Both the position numbers and the translations under genes were made by a program. From positions 91,244-155,243 of the forward strand of contig CABQHM010000001.1 of the NCBI GenBank assembly GCA_902464015.1: a stretch of 64,000 nt of DNA, given 5' to 3'. Of this stretch, positions 17,264 through 25,224 are shown piece after piece; the first letter of the stretch is position 1; every line of letters begins with the position of its first letter. The notes under the pieces are model-generated. The model was not told where the DNA came from and did no database searches. It saw nothing but the letters and a program-made list of their open reading frames with translations. This DNA comes from an uncultured Coriobacteriales bacterium (GTDB lineage Bacteria; Actinomycetota; Coriobacteriia; Coriobacteriales; UMGS124).

Positions 17264-18889
17264 ATGACCAACAAGCGCGCCAAGGCGATTATGGTGCAGG
17301 GCACAATGTCGGGCGCAGGCAAGAGCCTCATCGCCGCAGGTCTATGCCGCATCTTTGCCCAGGACGACCTTGCGGTGGCCCCTTTCAAGTCGCAGAACAT
17401 GTCGCTCAACTCGGCCGTCACGCCACATGGCTTTGAGATTGGACGCGCCCAGGCGTTGCAGGCGCAGGCCTGCGGCATCCCCGCCGAGCCCGCGATGAAC
17501 CCCATTCTGCTCAAACCCACAACCGACGTGGGGTCGCAGGTCGTTGTCATGGGCAAACCCGTGGCGAACATGGCGGCCCGCGACTACTTCAAATATAAGA
17601 CGAGTCTCATTCCCACCGTGCAAGCAGCCTATGACGACCTGGCCTCGCGCCATGACGTCGTGGTCATCGAAGGCGCGGGCAGTCCGGCCGAGATCAACCT
17701 CAAGCACAACGACATCGTGAACATGGGTATGGCCAAAATGGCGGCCTCACCTGTGCTGCTTGTGGGCAACATCGACTGCGGCGGCGTGTTCGCCCAGCTT
17801 GTGGGCACGCATGCCCTGCTTGAGGACGACGAGCGGCGCATGCTCAAGGCTTGCGTTATCAACAAGTTCCGCGGCGATGTGACCCTTTTGCAGCCCGGCC
17901 TCGACGAGCTTGAGCGGCGCATGGGGATACCGGTGGCCGGCGTGGTGCCCTACACACCCCTTGACCTCGACGACGAGGACGGCTTCTCCGCCATACAGGG
18001 GTCGGGCGCAGCAAACGCCCTGCTCGACATCGCCGTCGTACGTCTGCCCCACATCTCGAACTTCACCGACCTCGACGCCCTCACCGCCCTGCCCGAGGTG
18101 CGCGTGCGCTATGTGAGCCATGCCGAGGAGCTGGGCCAGCCCGACCTTGTCGTGGTCCCCGGCACCAAGGCCACCCTGGGCGACCTCGCCTGGGTGCGCG
18201 CATACAACCTGGATGCCGCGCTGCGCCAGCATGCCGAGGCAGGTTGCCTCGTCTTGGGCATCTGCGGCGGGTACCAGATGCTGGGCCTGGAGATACACGA
18301 CCCCCTGGGGGTGGAAGGCGGCGGGTGCCAAGAGGGTCTGGGGTTGCTGCCCGTACGCACCGCGTTCACCCAAGAAAAGACGCTTTGCAGCAGTGCGGGC
18401 ACGACGTTGCAGCTTGAGGAGCCCTTTGCGGACCTGTCGAACCTGGACGTTGCGGGATACCAGATCCACATGGGACAGACGATGCTCGAGGGCGGCATGC
18501 CGTTCTGCCTGCTTGCAGATAACGGCGATGCAGCGGGCAATACCGCACAAGCATACGCATGCGTCAACGACAACGATACGGCCTATGACCAGCGAGGATG
18601 TATGCCCAGCAACGGCAGGCCCAGTGACGACGCGGGGCAGTCCACCTACGAGGATGGCTGCGTTGCAGGCACCGTGATGGGCACGTACCTGCATGGCCTC
18701 TTCGACTCCGTGCCCTTCACGCAAGCGCTTATCGACATGCTCCTCGCGCGCAAGGGAATCTCCGGCACGCGCATCAACGCGCAAGACCGCGCCACCCGCA
18801 GGGAACAGCAGCTCAATATACTTGCCGACACACTGCGAACCAGCCTCGACATGGACCTCGTCTATCGAATCTTGGAGGAAGGCATATGA
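17264..18889 (+). CDS. cobQ: Cobyric acid synthase CobQ/CbiP
   Basis: IMVQGTMSGAGKSLI, FKSQNMSLNS, IEGAGSPAEINL and GATase ICGGYQMLG. Carries a ~45-aa low-complexity insert (NGDAAGNTAQ...STYEDG) before GTYLHG. Confidence 0.9.
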   Translation: MTNKRAKAIMVQGTMSGAGKSLIAAGLCRIFAQDDLAVAPFKSQNMSLNSAVTPHGFEIGRAQALQAQACGIPAEPAMNPILLKPTTDVGSQVVVMGKPVANMAARDYFKYKTSLIPTVQAAYDDLASRHDVVVIEGAGSPAEINLKHNDIVNMGMAKMAASPVLLVGNIDCGGVFAQLVGTHALLEDDERRMLKACVINKFRGDVTLLQPGLDELERRMGIPVAGVVPYTPLDLDDEDGFSAIQGSGAANALLDIAVVRLPHISNFTDLDALTALPEVRVRYVSHAEELGQPDLVVVPGTKATLGDLAWVRAYNLDAALRQHAEAGCLVLGICGGYQMLGLEIHDPLGVEGGGCQEGLGLLPVRTAFTQEKTLCSSAGTTLQLEEPFADLSNLDVAGYQIHMGQTMLEGGMPFCLLADNGDAAGNTAQAYACVNDNDTAYDQRGCMPSNGRPSDDAGQSTYEDGCVAGTVMGTYLHGLFDSVPFTQALIDMLLARKGISGTRINAQDRATRREQQLNILADTLRTSLDMDLVYRILEEGI

Positions 18890-19554
18890 GTGCAACCACC
18901 CTGGGCACGCTCGAGCATGTGAAGCCCGGTGACATCGAGACGCGCTCGTTTGAAATCATTACCGAAGAGCTCCGCCAGCGCGGCGTCAGCCTCGACCCCG
19001 CGACGGCGCCTGTCATCATGCGCGCCATCCACACGACGGCCGACTTCGACTATGCCGAGAACCTGCTCTTCTCCCCTGGTGCGATGCAGGCGGGAGTGGA
19101 GGCGCTCAAGGCGGGGGCATCCGTGGTGACCGACACCACCATGGCGCAGTCGGGCATCAACAAGCGCGCCCTGGCACGCCTGGGCGGCGAGGCCCTCAAC
19201 TTCATCCGCGACCCCGAGGTCATGCAAGAGGCACGCGACAAGGGCGTCACGCGTTCCGCCATGGCCATGGAGAAGGCCGCCGGGTTGGGGCGCCCCCTCA
19301 TCTACGCCGTGGGCAACGCCCCCACCGCCCTCGTGCAGCTGCGCGAGCTCATTGACAAGGGAATGGACATACCACCTGCGCTTATCATCGGTGTGCCAGT
19401 CGGCTTTGTAAACGTGACAGAATCAAAAGAGCTCATCATGGGGCTCAAGGACGTACCTTGGATCGTGGCGCAGGGCCGCAAGGGTGGCAGCAACGTGGCG
19501 GCCGCAATCGTCAATGCGCTGCTGTATGTGGCAACTGATAATGTGAGGGAGTGA
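18886..19554 (+). CDS. cbiC: Cobalt-precorrin-8 methylmutase CbiC
   Basis: IETRSFEII, RAIHTTADFDY, GNAPTAL and GVPVGFVNV. ATGA overlap with cobQ. Last gene of the operon. Confidence 0.9.
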   Translation: MSATTLGTLEHVKPGDIETRSFEIITEELRQRGVSLDPATAPVIMRAIHTTADFDYAENLLFSPGAMQAGVEALKAGASVVTDTTMAQSGINKRALARLGGEALNFIRDPEVMQEARDKGVTRSAMAMEKAAGLGRPLIYAVGNAPTALVQLRELIDKGMDIPPALIIGVPVGFVNVTESKELIMGLKDVPWIVAQGRKGGSNVAAAIVNALLYVATDNVRE

Positions 19555-19560
19555 GTTGGG

Positions 19561-19834
19561 GGCCTGAGGGGGTTTGTTTCTCGCTGGTCCTCGCCGCAAA
19601 AATCGCGGCTGCGGATTCGCTCGAAACAAGCCCCCTCAGGCCCGCACGCGCCATGCTGACCTGGCGCAAAGCGCGGGGATTGCGGGCTGGGGGGATCAAG
19701 GGAAATGCAAAGCGTCCCCCTGATCCCCCTGCCAGGTACGGGCCCGATACAGCAGGGGCCCACGTCTGCCATCGAGCGAATCCGCAGCCGCGCTGTGCGC
19801 GGCGAGGACCAGCGAGATGACAGACGTGGGCCCC
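19561..19834. repeat. Block of nested palindromes containing a 43-bp module in two inverted copies
   Basis: The module TCGCTGGTCCTCGCCGC-N6-CGCGGCTGCGGATTCGCTCG occurs at 19581-19623 and as its reverse complement at 19773-19815, identical outside the 6-nt centre. Each copy is enclosed by its own outer stem (19561-19580/19623-19642, 20 bp with 1 mismatch; 19755-19768/19821-19834, 14 bp). Further hairpins lie between them. Confidence 0.7.
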
Positions 19835-19861
19835 GTCCGGGATGTATCGTGCCCTAGCTGC

Positions 19862-21091
19862 CTAGATGCTTTCCATCTCCCCCAACACGGCGTAGTACCA
19901 CTCCTCGCCGGGGTCGCAGTAGGTGTTGGCAGCATCCATGGTGAGCTTGCCACCGTACATGTAGCCGAGGTACTCAACGTGAGCCCAGATGGCCTCTTCC
20001 CAGCTTGAGAAGCTGTGGCCCATCCAGCCCCAGGCGTTGTACGGCCTGAAGCAGTACGCGCCCATCGTCGACTCGATGCAGGAAATGGCCGGCGACCAGC
20101 GGGGATCGACACCGTAGGCAAGGGCAGCCTGGGCAAAAACGCGACCGTATCCCGACAGCGTGGAGCCGGCGAGGTAAGCGTCGATGCGGGCAGCCCATGC
20201 GTCGACAGTGGAATCGCCGGAGGTGGAGTTGTCGGGCTGGGAGGGTTCAGGCTCGGGCTCGGGAGTCGGGGCAGGTTCCGACCCGTTCGACTCAGAGGAA
20301 GACCCCTGGTTGGCATTTTGGTTCGAGTTGATGATCTCGTCGGCGCGGTCCTCGTCCACGCGCTCGGTGGTTCCGTCGGGCTTCGTCTCGATGAAGATGG
20401 TCTCGCCTGTGGACGGATCAGTCTCGGTCGTCACCGTGGACTGATCGCGCGACGCGGCAACCTGTGCAGCAAGCGCGGCCTGCCTGGCAGCCTCTTCCTC
20501 GGCAACGCGCGCCTCAGCCTCATCGGCAGCTGCCTGCACCTGGGCAAGCGCCTCAGCAGCCTCGTCCTCGGCCTGCTGGGCCTCGACGAGCAGGCTCTCT
20601 AGGTTCGCCTGTTCCTGCTCAAGTTCATCTTGGAGCTCGAGCAAGCCCTCAAGCTGGCCAGACGTGTAGGTTTGCACCGTATTGAGATAGGTCAGCGTGG
20701 CAACAAAGTTCTCAAAGCCATCCGAAGACAGAATGACGTTCAAAAGGCCGGCGGAATTCTGCGAGAACTTGTACTGCGTGACCATGGCCGAAGCGGCCTT
20801 TTCCTGCGCACCGGGTATACGGGCCTCGATGTCGGCAATGCGCGCACGGCAATCTTCGACATCAGCCTGAGCCTGAGCGGTGGCCTCCATGGCCTCGTTG
20901 TATGCCTGACTCTTTGCAGAGACCTCTTGCCGCAGCTGAGCCAGGGTCTCCCTGGAGTCGGCATGGGCGTCACCAATGGTCGGGCCCAGCGCCCAAGCAC
21001 CGCCAACCGTTATTGCAAGCCCCAGGGCCACGGCCGCAATTGCGCGGCCATACGGCCTAGAGCAGGCTTTGCTTTCATCTGAAAGCGCCAT
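19862..21091 (-). CDS. Membrane-anchored/secreted coiled-coil protein with a C-terminal lysozyme-like (glucosaminidase/SLT-type) domain; putative peptidoglycan hydrolase (PcsB/CwlO-style architecture)
   Basis: ATG at 21091 preceded by AGGAGG. N-terminal TM/signal AIAAVALGLAITVGGAWA. About 200 aa of heptad-like A/E/Q-rich sequence. C-terminus GVDPRWSPAISCIESTMG..NAWGW has an E-S catalytic-type motif. Confidence 0.5.
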   Translation of the reverse strand: MALSDESKACSRPYGRAIAAVALGLAITVGGAWALGPTIGDAHADSRETLAQLRQEVSAKSQAYNEAMEATAQAQADVEDCRARIADIEARIPGAQEKAASAMVTQYKFSQNSAGLLNVILSSDGFENFVATLTYLNTVQTYTSGQLEGLLELQDELEQEQANLESLLVEAQQAEDEAAEALAQVQAAADEAEARVAEEEAARQAALAAQVAASRDQSTVTTETDPSTGETIFIETKPDGTTERVDEDRADEIINSNQNANQGSSSESNGSEPAPTPEPEPEPSQPDNSTSGDSTVDAWAARIDAYLAGSTLSGYGRVFAQAALAYGVDPRWSPAISCIESTMGAYCFRPYNAWGWMGHSFSSWEEAIWAHVEYLGYMYGGKLTMDAANTYCDPGEEWYYAVLGEMESI

Positions 21092-21167
21092 ACGTTTCCT
21101 CCTGAAAGGGGTAGGGATCATGGCGTATAGCGCTCTATTGTAATATAAGAATGTGTGCATAGAAAGA

Positions 21168-21226
21168 AGCCGGGTTCTGCGCTTCGTTTCAGGTGCTTGA
21201 ATAACCCCTGATGGCAGAACCCGGCT
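21168..21226 (-). terminator. Candidate terminator hairpin downstream of iaaA
   Basis: 13-bp inverted repeat AGCCGGGTTCTGC / GCAGAACCCGGCT. On the minus strand it is followed by TCTTTCT. The loop is long (33 nt), hence the low confidence. Confidence 0.35.
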
Positions 21227-21251
21227 CTGTATACACGCTGTACGAAAAGAC

Positions 21252-22187
21252 CTAGTTGTGGGTCACGCGGACGTCACCGAATGCATAACCCCAGTCCATC
21301 TGAGCGCAGGCGTTGTGAGCGACGACTGCTTCGCCCTCAACGGGAATGCAGATGAGGCCACCGTCGCCGCCGCGGTCTTCCACGGCCTCAAGCACGGCCT
21401 TCGCCGCGTCGCTGGGAGTCTGGCCCGCCCACAGCACGCGGGCATGCAGCTGGTAGCCGGCGCTTTCCTGGATGAAGCGCTCACCCGTGCCCGTGCATGA
21501 AACAGCCAGCGTCTGCTGGTTGGCGTACGTGCCTGCGCCGGCAATGGGAGAGTCGCCCACACGACCCGGCTGCTGGTTGGTCACACCACCCGTGGAGGTA
21601 CCTGCCGCAATGTTGCCTGCAGCGTCACGTGCGACGACGCCGATGGTGCCGTGGCCGGGCTTGTCCCAACCGCCGTCAGGCAGAGCCTGAAGCTCGGCGA
21701 GTTGCTTGACGCGCTCGGGCAGAATGAAGTACGACTGCGGGGCAGTCTCGACGCCCCAGGCCTCGCACTGGGCCTCGGTGGGCTCCACCATGAGGACGTG
21801 CGGAGTCTTCTCCATGACGGCGCGGGCAGCGTCGATGGGGTTGCGCACGCAATCGGCACCCGCGACGGCGCCGCAGCGGCCGTCGCCGGTCATGACGCAG
21901 CTGTCCATCTCCGCCCTGCCCTCGCTCGTGAGAGCCGCACCGCGGCCCGCGTTGAACTCGGGGGCGTCCTCCATCACATGCACGCCGGCAACAACGGCAT
22001 CGAGGGCGCTACCGCCTGCGTCGAGCACCGCCATGGCGGCGTCGAGGGCGCGCTTGATGTCTGCAGCGGCCTGCTGCTCGCGCTCGGGCGTGAAGGGGTG
22101 ACGGCGACGGCCGGCACCGCCGTGGACAACGACGACCGGCTTGCCGGCAGCGCCTTCAGTGGAATAAACGATAGGAGTCTCAGCCAT
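21252..22187 (-). CDS. iaaA: Isoaspartyl peptidase / L-asparaginase (Ntn-hydrolase, IaaA family)
   Basis: VVVHGGAG, NAGRGAALT, HGTIGVVARD (autoprocessing Thr) and AAGTSTGG. Start at ATG 22187. The 166-aa N-terminal part of the 477-aa track ORF is S/T/R-rich and was rejected. Confidence 0.85.
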   Translation of the reverse strand: MAETPIVYSTEGAAGKPVVVVHGGAGRRRHPFTPEREQQAAADIKRALDAAMAVLDAGGSALDAVVAGVHVMEDAPEFNAGRGAALTSEGRAEMDSCVMTGDGRCGAVAGADCVRNPIDAARAVMEKTPHVLMVEPTEAQCEAWGVETAPQSYFILPERVKQLAELQALPDGGWDKPGHGTIGVVARDAAGNIAAGTSTGGVTNQQPGRVGDSPIAGAGTYANQQTLAVSCTGTGERFIQESAGYQLHARVLWAGQTPSDAAKAVLEAVEDRGGDGGLICIPVEGEAVVAHNACAQMDWGYAFGDVRVTHN

Positions 22188-22374
22188 TTGAGCGACCTTT
22201 CGTGTGACATGGGCAATGGGCAAAAACAGCCCCGCGGGCGCTTCCCGCATGGGTGTGAGCAGTGTAATCCACCTTGATGCAGCATGCTTGTGCAAATCGC
22301 TAAAGATAGATGTCTTGAAAGGTGCAGTTGCCCTCAAATGGTAGAGTCTTTTCGCACATGCGAAGGGAGACGTG

Positions 22375-23148
22375 ATGGAAAGAAGCGAGCTGCTCGCGCT
22401 TTTGGACGAGGTTTCACAAGGTCGCGTGCCTGCCGAAGAGGCGGCACGGCGCATCGGCACAGCCGACGTGGCCAAACTCGAATACGCCACCCTCGACCTA
22501 CAGCGCGGCGCACGCCAGGGCGTGTCGGAAGTTGTGTACGGCGCAGGAAAGACCGCCGAGCAAATTGCCGGCATCGTAGGCGCCCTCGTGCAATCCGGCC
22601 AGGCCCGCGTCATGGTGACGCGCCTTGACCAGGAAAAAGCCGCCGAAGTCCAGTCTCTCTTAGAAAACGGTACACAATCAGACATTACTCTCGCCTACCA
22701 TGAGCAGGCTCGCATGGGCATCGTAGGCGATAAGCCCGCAGCGGATAGCGAGGGGACGATTCTCGTCGTATGCGCAGGTACGAGCGACCTTCCCGTGGCC
22801 GAAGAGGCGGCCCTTACCGCCGAGATGCTCGGCAACCGCGTCGTGCGCGCCTGGGACGTGGGCGTGGCCGGCATCCATCGCCTCCTTCGCCATGCCGACG
22901 ACATCGCAGACGCAAGTGTCATCGTCGCCGTCGCCGGCATGGAGGGGGCGCTTCCCAGCGTCGTCGCAGGCCTGGCGAGCTGCCCCGTCATCGCCGTGCC
23001 CACAAGCGTGGGTTACGGGGCGAGCTTTGGCGGAGTCACCGCCCTGCTGGCCATGCTCAACAGCTGCGCCAGCGGCGTGAGCGTCGTCAACATCGACAAC
23101 GGCTTTGGGGCCGGCTACCAGGCGAGCCTCATCAACCACCGCCGCTAG
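22375..23148 (+). CDS. larB: Nickel-pincer cofactor biosynthesis protein LarB (PurE-like carboxylase/hydrolase)
   Basis: LDLQRGARQGVSEVVYGAGKT, ILVVCAGTSDLPVAEEA, AVAGMEGALPSVVAG and PVIAVPTSVGYG. The track start at 22372 is a GTG; the adjacent ATG at 22375 has better spacing to GGGAGA. Confidence 0.85.
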   Translation: MERSELLALLDEVSQGRVPAEEAARRIGTADVAKLEYATLDLQRGARQGVSEVVYGAGKTAEQIAGIVGALVQSGQARVMVTRLDQEKAAEVQSLLENGTQSDITLAYHEQARMGIVGDKPAADSEGTILVVCAGTSDLPVAEEAALTAEMLGNRVVRAWDVGVAGIHRLLRHADDIADASVIVAVAGMEGALPSVVAGLASCPVIAVPTSVGYGASFGGVTALLAMLNSCASGVSVVNIDNGFGAGYQASLINHRR

Positions 23149-23183
23149 CGGCACGTCATCCCGCCGCCGGAAAGGATGATCTC

Positions 23184-24566
23184 ATGAGAAAGACCCTCTA
23201 TCTCGAATGCGCGTCGGGCATCAGCGGCGACATGGTCGTCGCATCCCTGCTCGATTTGGGGGCCGATGAGCAGCGCCTGCGCAAGACGCTCGCAAGTCTG
23301 CCGCTCACGGGGTACGAGGTCGTCGTGAGCGAGGTGGCGAAGAACGGTGTGCGCGCCCGCGACTTCGACGTGCGACTCCAGGCCGAGCTGGAAAACCACG
23401 ACCACGACATGGCGTGGCTCTACGGCCATCTTGAAGGTGATGCCACGTGCGCCCATGCGCACGAGCATGGGCAGGCCGAAAATTCCAGGCACGACCACGA
23501 TCACTCCCATGCGCATGAGGGTGAGCATTCCCACGAGGGCGCGCACCACCACCATGAGCATCGCAGTCTGGCCGATGTTCTTGCCATCATCGACGCCGGC
23601 ACGTTGACCCAACGCGCAAGGTGCACGGCCCAGCGCGTATTCGAGGTCCTGGCCCAGGCGGAGGCGCAGGCGCACGGCACTACGCCGGAAATGGTCCACT
23701 TCCACGAGGTGGGTGCCGTCGACTCCATCGTCGACATAGTATCGGCGGCCGTGTGTCTCGATGCGCTCGACATCGACGAGGTCGTGGTCCCCTTTCTTTG
23801 CGAGGGAAGCGGAACCGTGCGCTGCGCGCATGGCATACTGCCCGTGCCCGTGCCTGCTGTATGCGCCACGGTGGCTCAGCACGGCATCGCCCTGCATGTA
23901 CTGCCTGTCCAGGGCGAACTCGTCACGCCCACAGGTGCAGCCATCGTGGCTGCAACGCGCACACAGGACAAGCTGCCCGCCGCTTTCCGCATCATCGCGA
24001 CCGGCGTGGGGGCCGGCAAGCGCGACAACAAGGGAACAAGCGGCATCCTACGCGCGCACCTCATTGAAACGGATGCACCGCAGCACAGCGACGCGCAAGA
24101 AGACACCACGCCTCGCGAAATCTGGAAGCTCGAGTGTGATGTGGACGACTGCACGGGAGAAGCGCTCGGCTATTGCATGGAAGCGTTGCTCGCAGCGGGT
24201 GCAAAAGAGGCCCACTTCGTCCCCGTCTTTACAAAGAAAAACCGCCCCGCGTGGCAGATTCAAGTCATCTGCGACGAGGGGCGGCGCGAGTGCTGCGAGA
24301 ATATTCTCTTCTTGAACACGACCACCATCGGCGTGAGGCGTCAGCGCATGGAGCGCACGGTGCTTGTACGCAGGTCCTGCAAGGTGGCGACCCCGCTTGG
24401 CACAGTAGAAGCCAAGACGGTGGAGCTTCCCGGCGGGCAGACGCGCACAATGCCCGAGCACGACAGCCTTGCAGCCCTTGCGCACGCAAGCGGCAAGGGC
24501 TACCAGGAAGTTTTGCGCATCGCGCTTGCTAGCATGCTGCCTGAATCACCTTGCGGGCAAGCATAG
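23184..24566 (+). CDS. larC: Nickel insertion protein LarC (pyridinium-3,5-bisthiocarboxylic acid mononucleotide nickel chelatase)
   Basis: LYLECASGISGDM, His-rich tract HAHEHGQ..HDHDHSHAHEGEHSHEGAHHHHEH, FHEVGAVDSIVDIV and a C-terminal LarC domain. ATG at 23184, inside a longer Arg-rich track ORF. Confidence 0.85.
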   Translation: MRKTLYLECASGISGDMVVASLLDLGADEQRLRKTLASLPLTGYEVVVSEVAKNGVRARDFDVRLQAELENHDHDMAWLYGHLEGDATCAHAHEHGQAENSRHDHDHSHAHEGEHSHEGAHHHHEHRSLADVLAIIDAGTLTQRARCTAQRVFEVLAQAEAQAHGTTPEMVHFHEVGAVDSIVDIVSAAVCLDALDIDEVVVPFLCEGSGTVRCAHGILPVPVPAVCATVAQHGIALHVLPVQGELVTPTGAAIVAATRTQDKLPAAFRIIATGVGAGKRDNKGTSGILRAHLIETDAPQHSDAQEDTTPREIWKLECDVDDCTGEALGYCMEALLAAGAKEAHFVPVFTKKNRPAWQIQVICDEGRRECCENILFLNTTTIGVRRQRMERTVLVRRSCKVATPLGTVEAKTVELPGGQTRTMPEHDSLAALAHASGKGYQEVLRIALASMLPESPCGQA

Positions 24567-25098
24567 AGGCCTCGCCCTTTCCACTCTGGGCATCAAACGC
24601 GAGACGATCGATAATTGCCTGGCGCACGGCAGGGTCGATATCGACCTGGACAAACTCAACGAGCGCCTGAAGCATCTCAGGGTACTCCTCGTCGCCATGC
24701 ATGCACTGGATGGCCTCGTCCATGAGCGGCCATGCCTTGCTCGACCACTCCGGGCCGCACATGCCCAGGCTCACGAAATAGAGGAACGCATTGAGGCGCA
24801 CGAGGCCCGACTCTTCCTCGAACAGGCAGTCTTCGGCACTCGTAAATGCCTCGGCGACGGCCTCGGGCGCATAGGGCGCGATGTGGGCAAGCGCGTCAAG
24901 CGACTCCCACCGCGTCTGGGCCTCGGGGCGCCCGACGGCGCTCACGAGAACGTCGGCATAGGCGGCAACCTTTTCGGGAACAGAAACGCTGGCCACGGCA
25001 AAGGCGTGGGCGGCAATCTGACGCTCCTTACGGCTGCGGCCAGAAAGGGCCTGCTGCCACAACTGCATTACCTGCTCTTCGGCTGACATGTCGCTCAT
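24529..25098 (-). CDS. Hypothetical helical-repeat (HEAT-like) protein, 189 aa
   Basis: ATG at 25098 with AGGGGG upstream. The amino-acid composition is protein-like, unlike the opposite-strand ORF. No motif I can name. Its 3' end overlaps the larC 3' end convergently by 38 nt. Confidence 0.5.
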   Translation of the reverse strand: MSDMSAEEQVMQLWQQALSGRSRKERQIAAHAFAVASVSVPEKVAAYADVLVSAVGRPEAQTRWESLDALAHIAPYAPEAVAEAFTSAEDCLFEEESGLVRLNAFLYFVSLGMCGPEWSSKAWPLMDEAIQCMHGDEEYPEMLQALVEFVQVDIDPAVRQAIIDRLAFDAQSGKGEASMLARKVIQAAC

Positions 25099-25154
25099 AG
25101 CTGCCCCCTGATTGACTTGGTTGATGTAGACCTCCCATTTTAGTCAAAAGGGCA

Positions 25155-25216
25155 GGAAAAAGGCACCTCGCCGCTGGCCCTTGTCTCAAAAACCAAACAA
25201 ACGGCCAGCGGCGAGG
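25155..25216 (-). terminator. Rho-independent terminator after rlmKL
   Basis: 14-bp perfect stem CCTCGCCGCTGGCC (25166-25179) / GGCCAGCGGCGAGG (25203-25216). On the minus strand it is followed by TGCCTTTTTCCTGCCCTTTT. Confidence 0.6.
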
Positions 25217-25224
25217 ATGCAAAC

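Noticed and set aside
18520-18660. Low-complexity insert in CobQ (NGDAAGNTAQAYACVNDNDTAYDQRGCMPSNGRPSDDAGQSTYEDG), considered as a possible intein or mobile insertion.
   Set aside because: It is too short at about 45 aa, has no intein splice motifs, and the frame is continuous. It is consistent with the low-complexity loops and tails seen in many proteins of this window.
22188-22685. N-terminal 166 codons of the 477-aa minus-strand ORF upstream of iaaA.
   Set aside because: This part is Ser/Thr/Arg/Pro-rich and has no asparaginase homology. It runs through the larB promoter and coding start on the other strand. The conserved protein begins at MAETPIVY (ATG 22187).
23440-23560. His-rich low-complexity tract (HAHEHGQAENSRHDHDHSHAHEGEHSHEGAHHHHEH), which at first looked like a repeat or an insertion.
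   Set aside because: It is in frame inside larC, and a His-rich nickel-binding region is a known feature of LarC. It is not an independent element.
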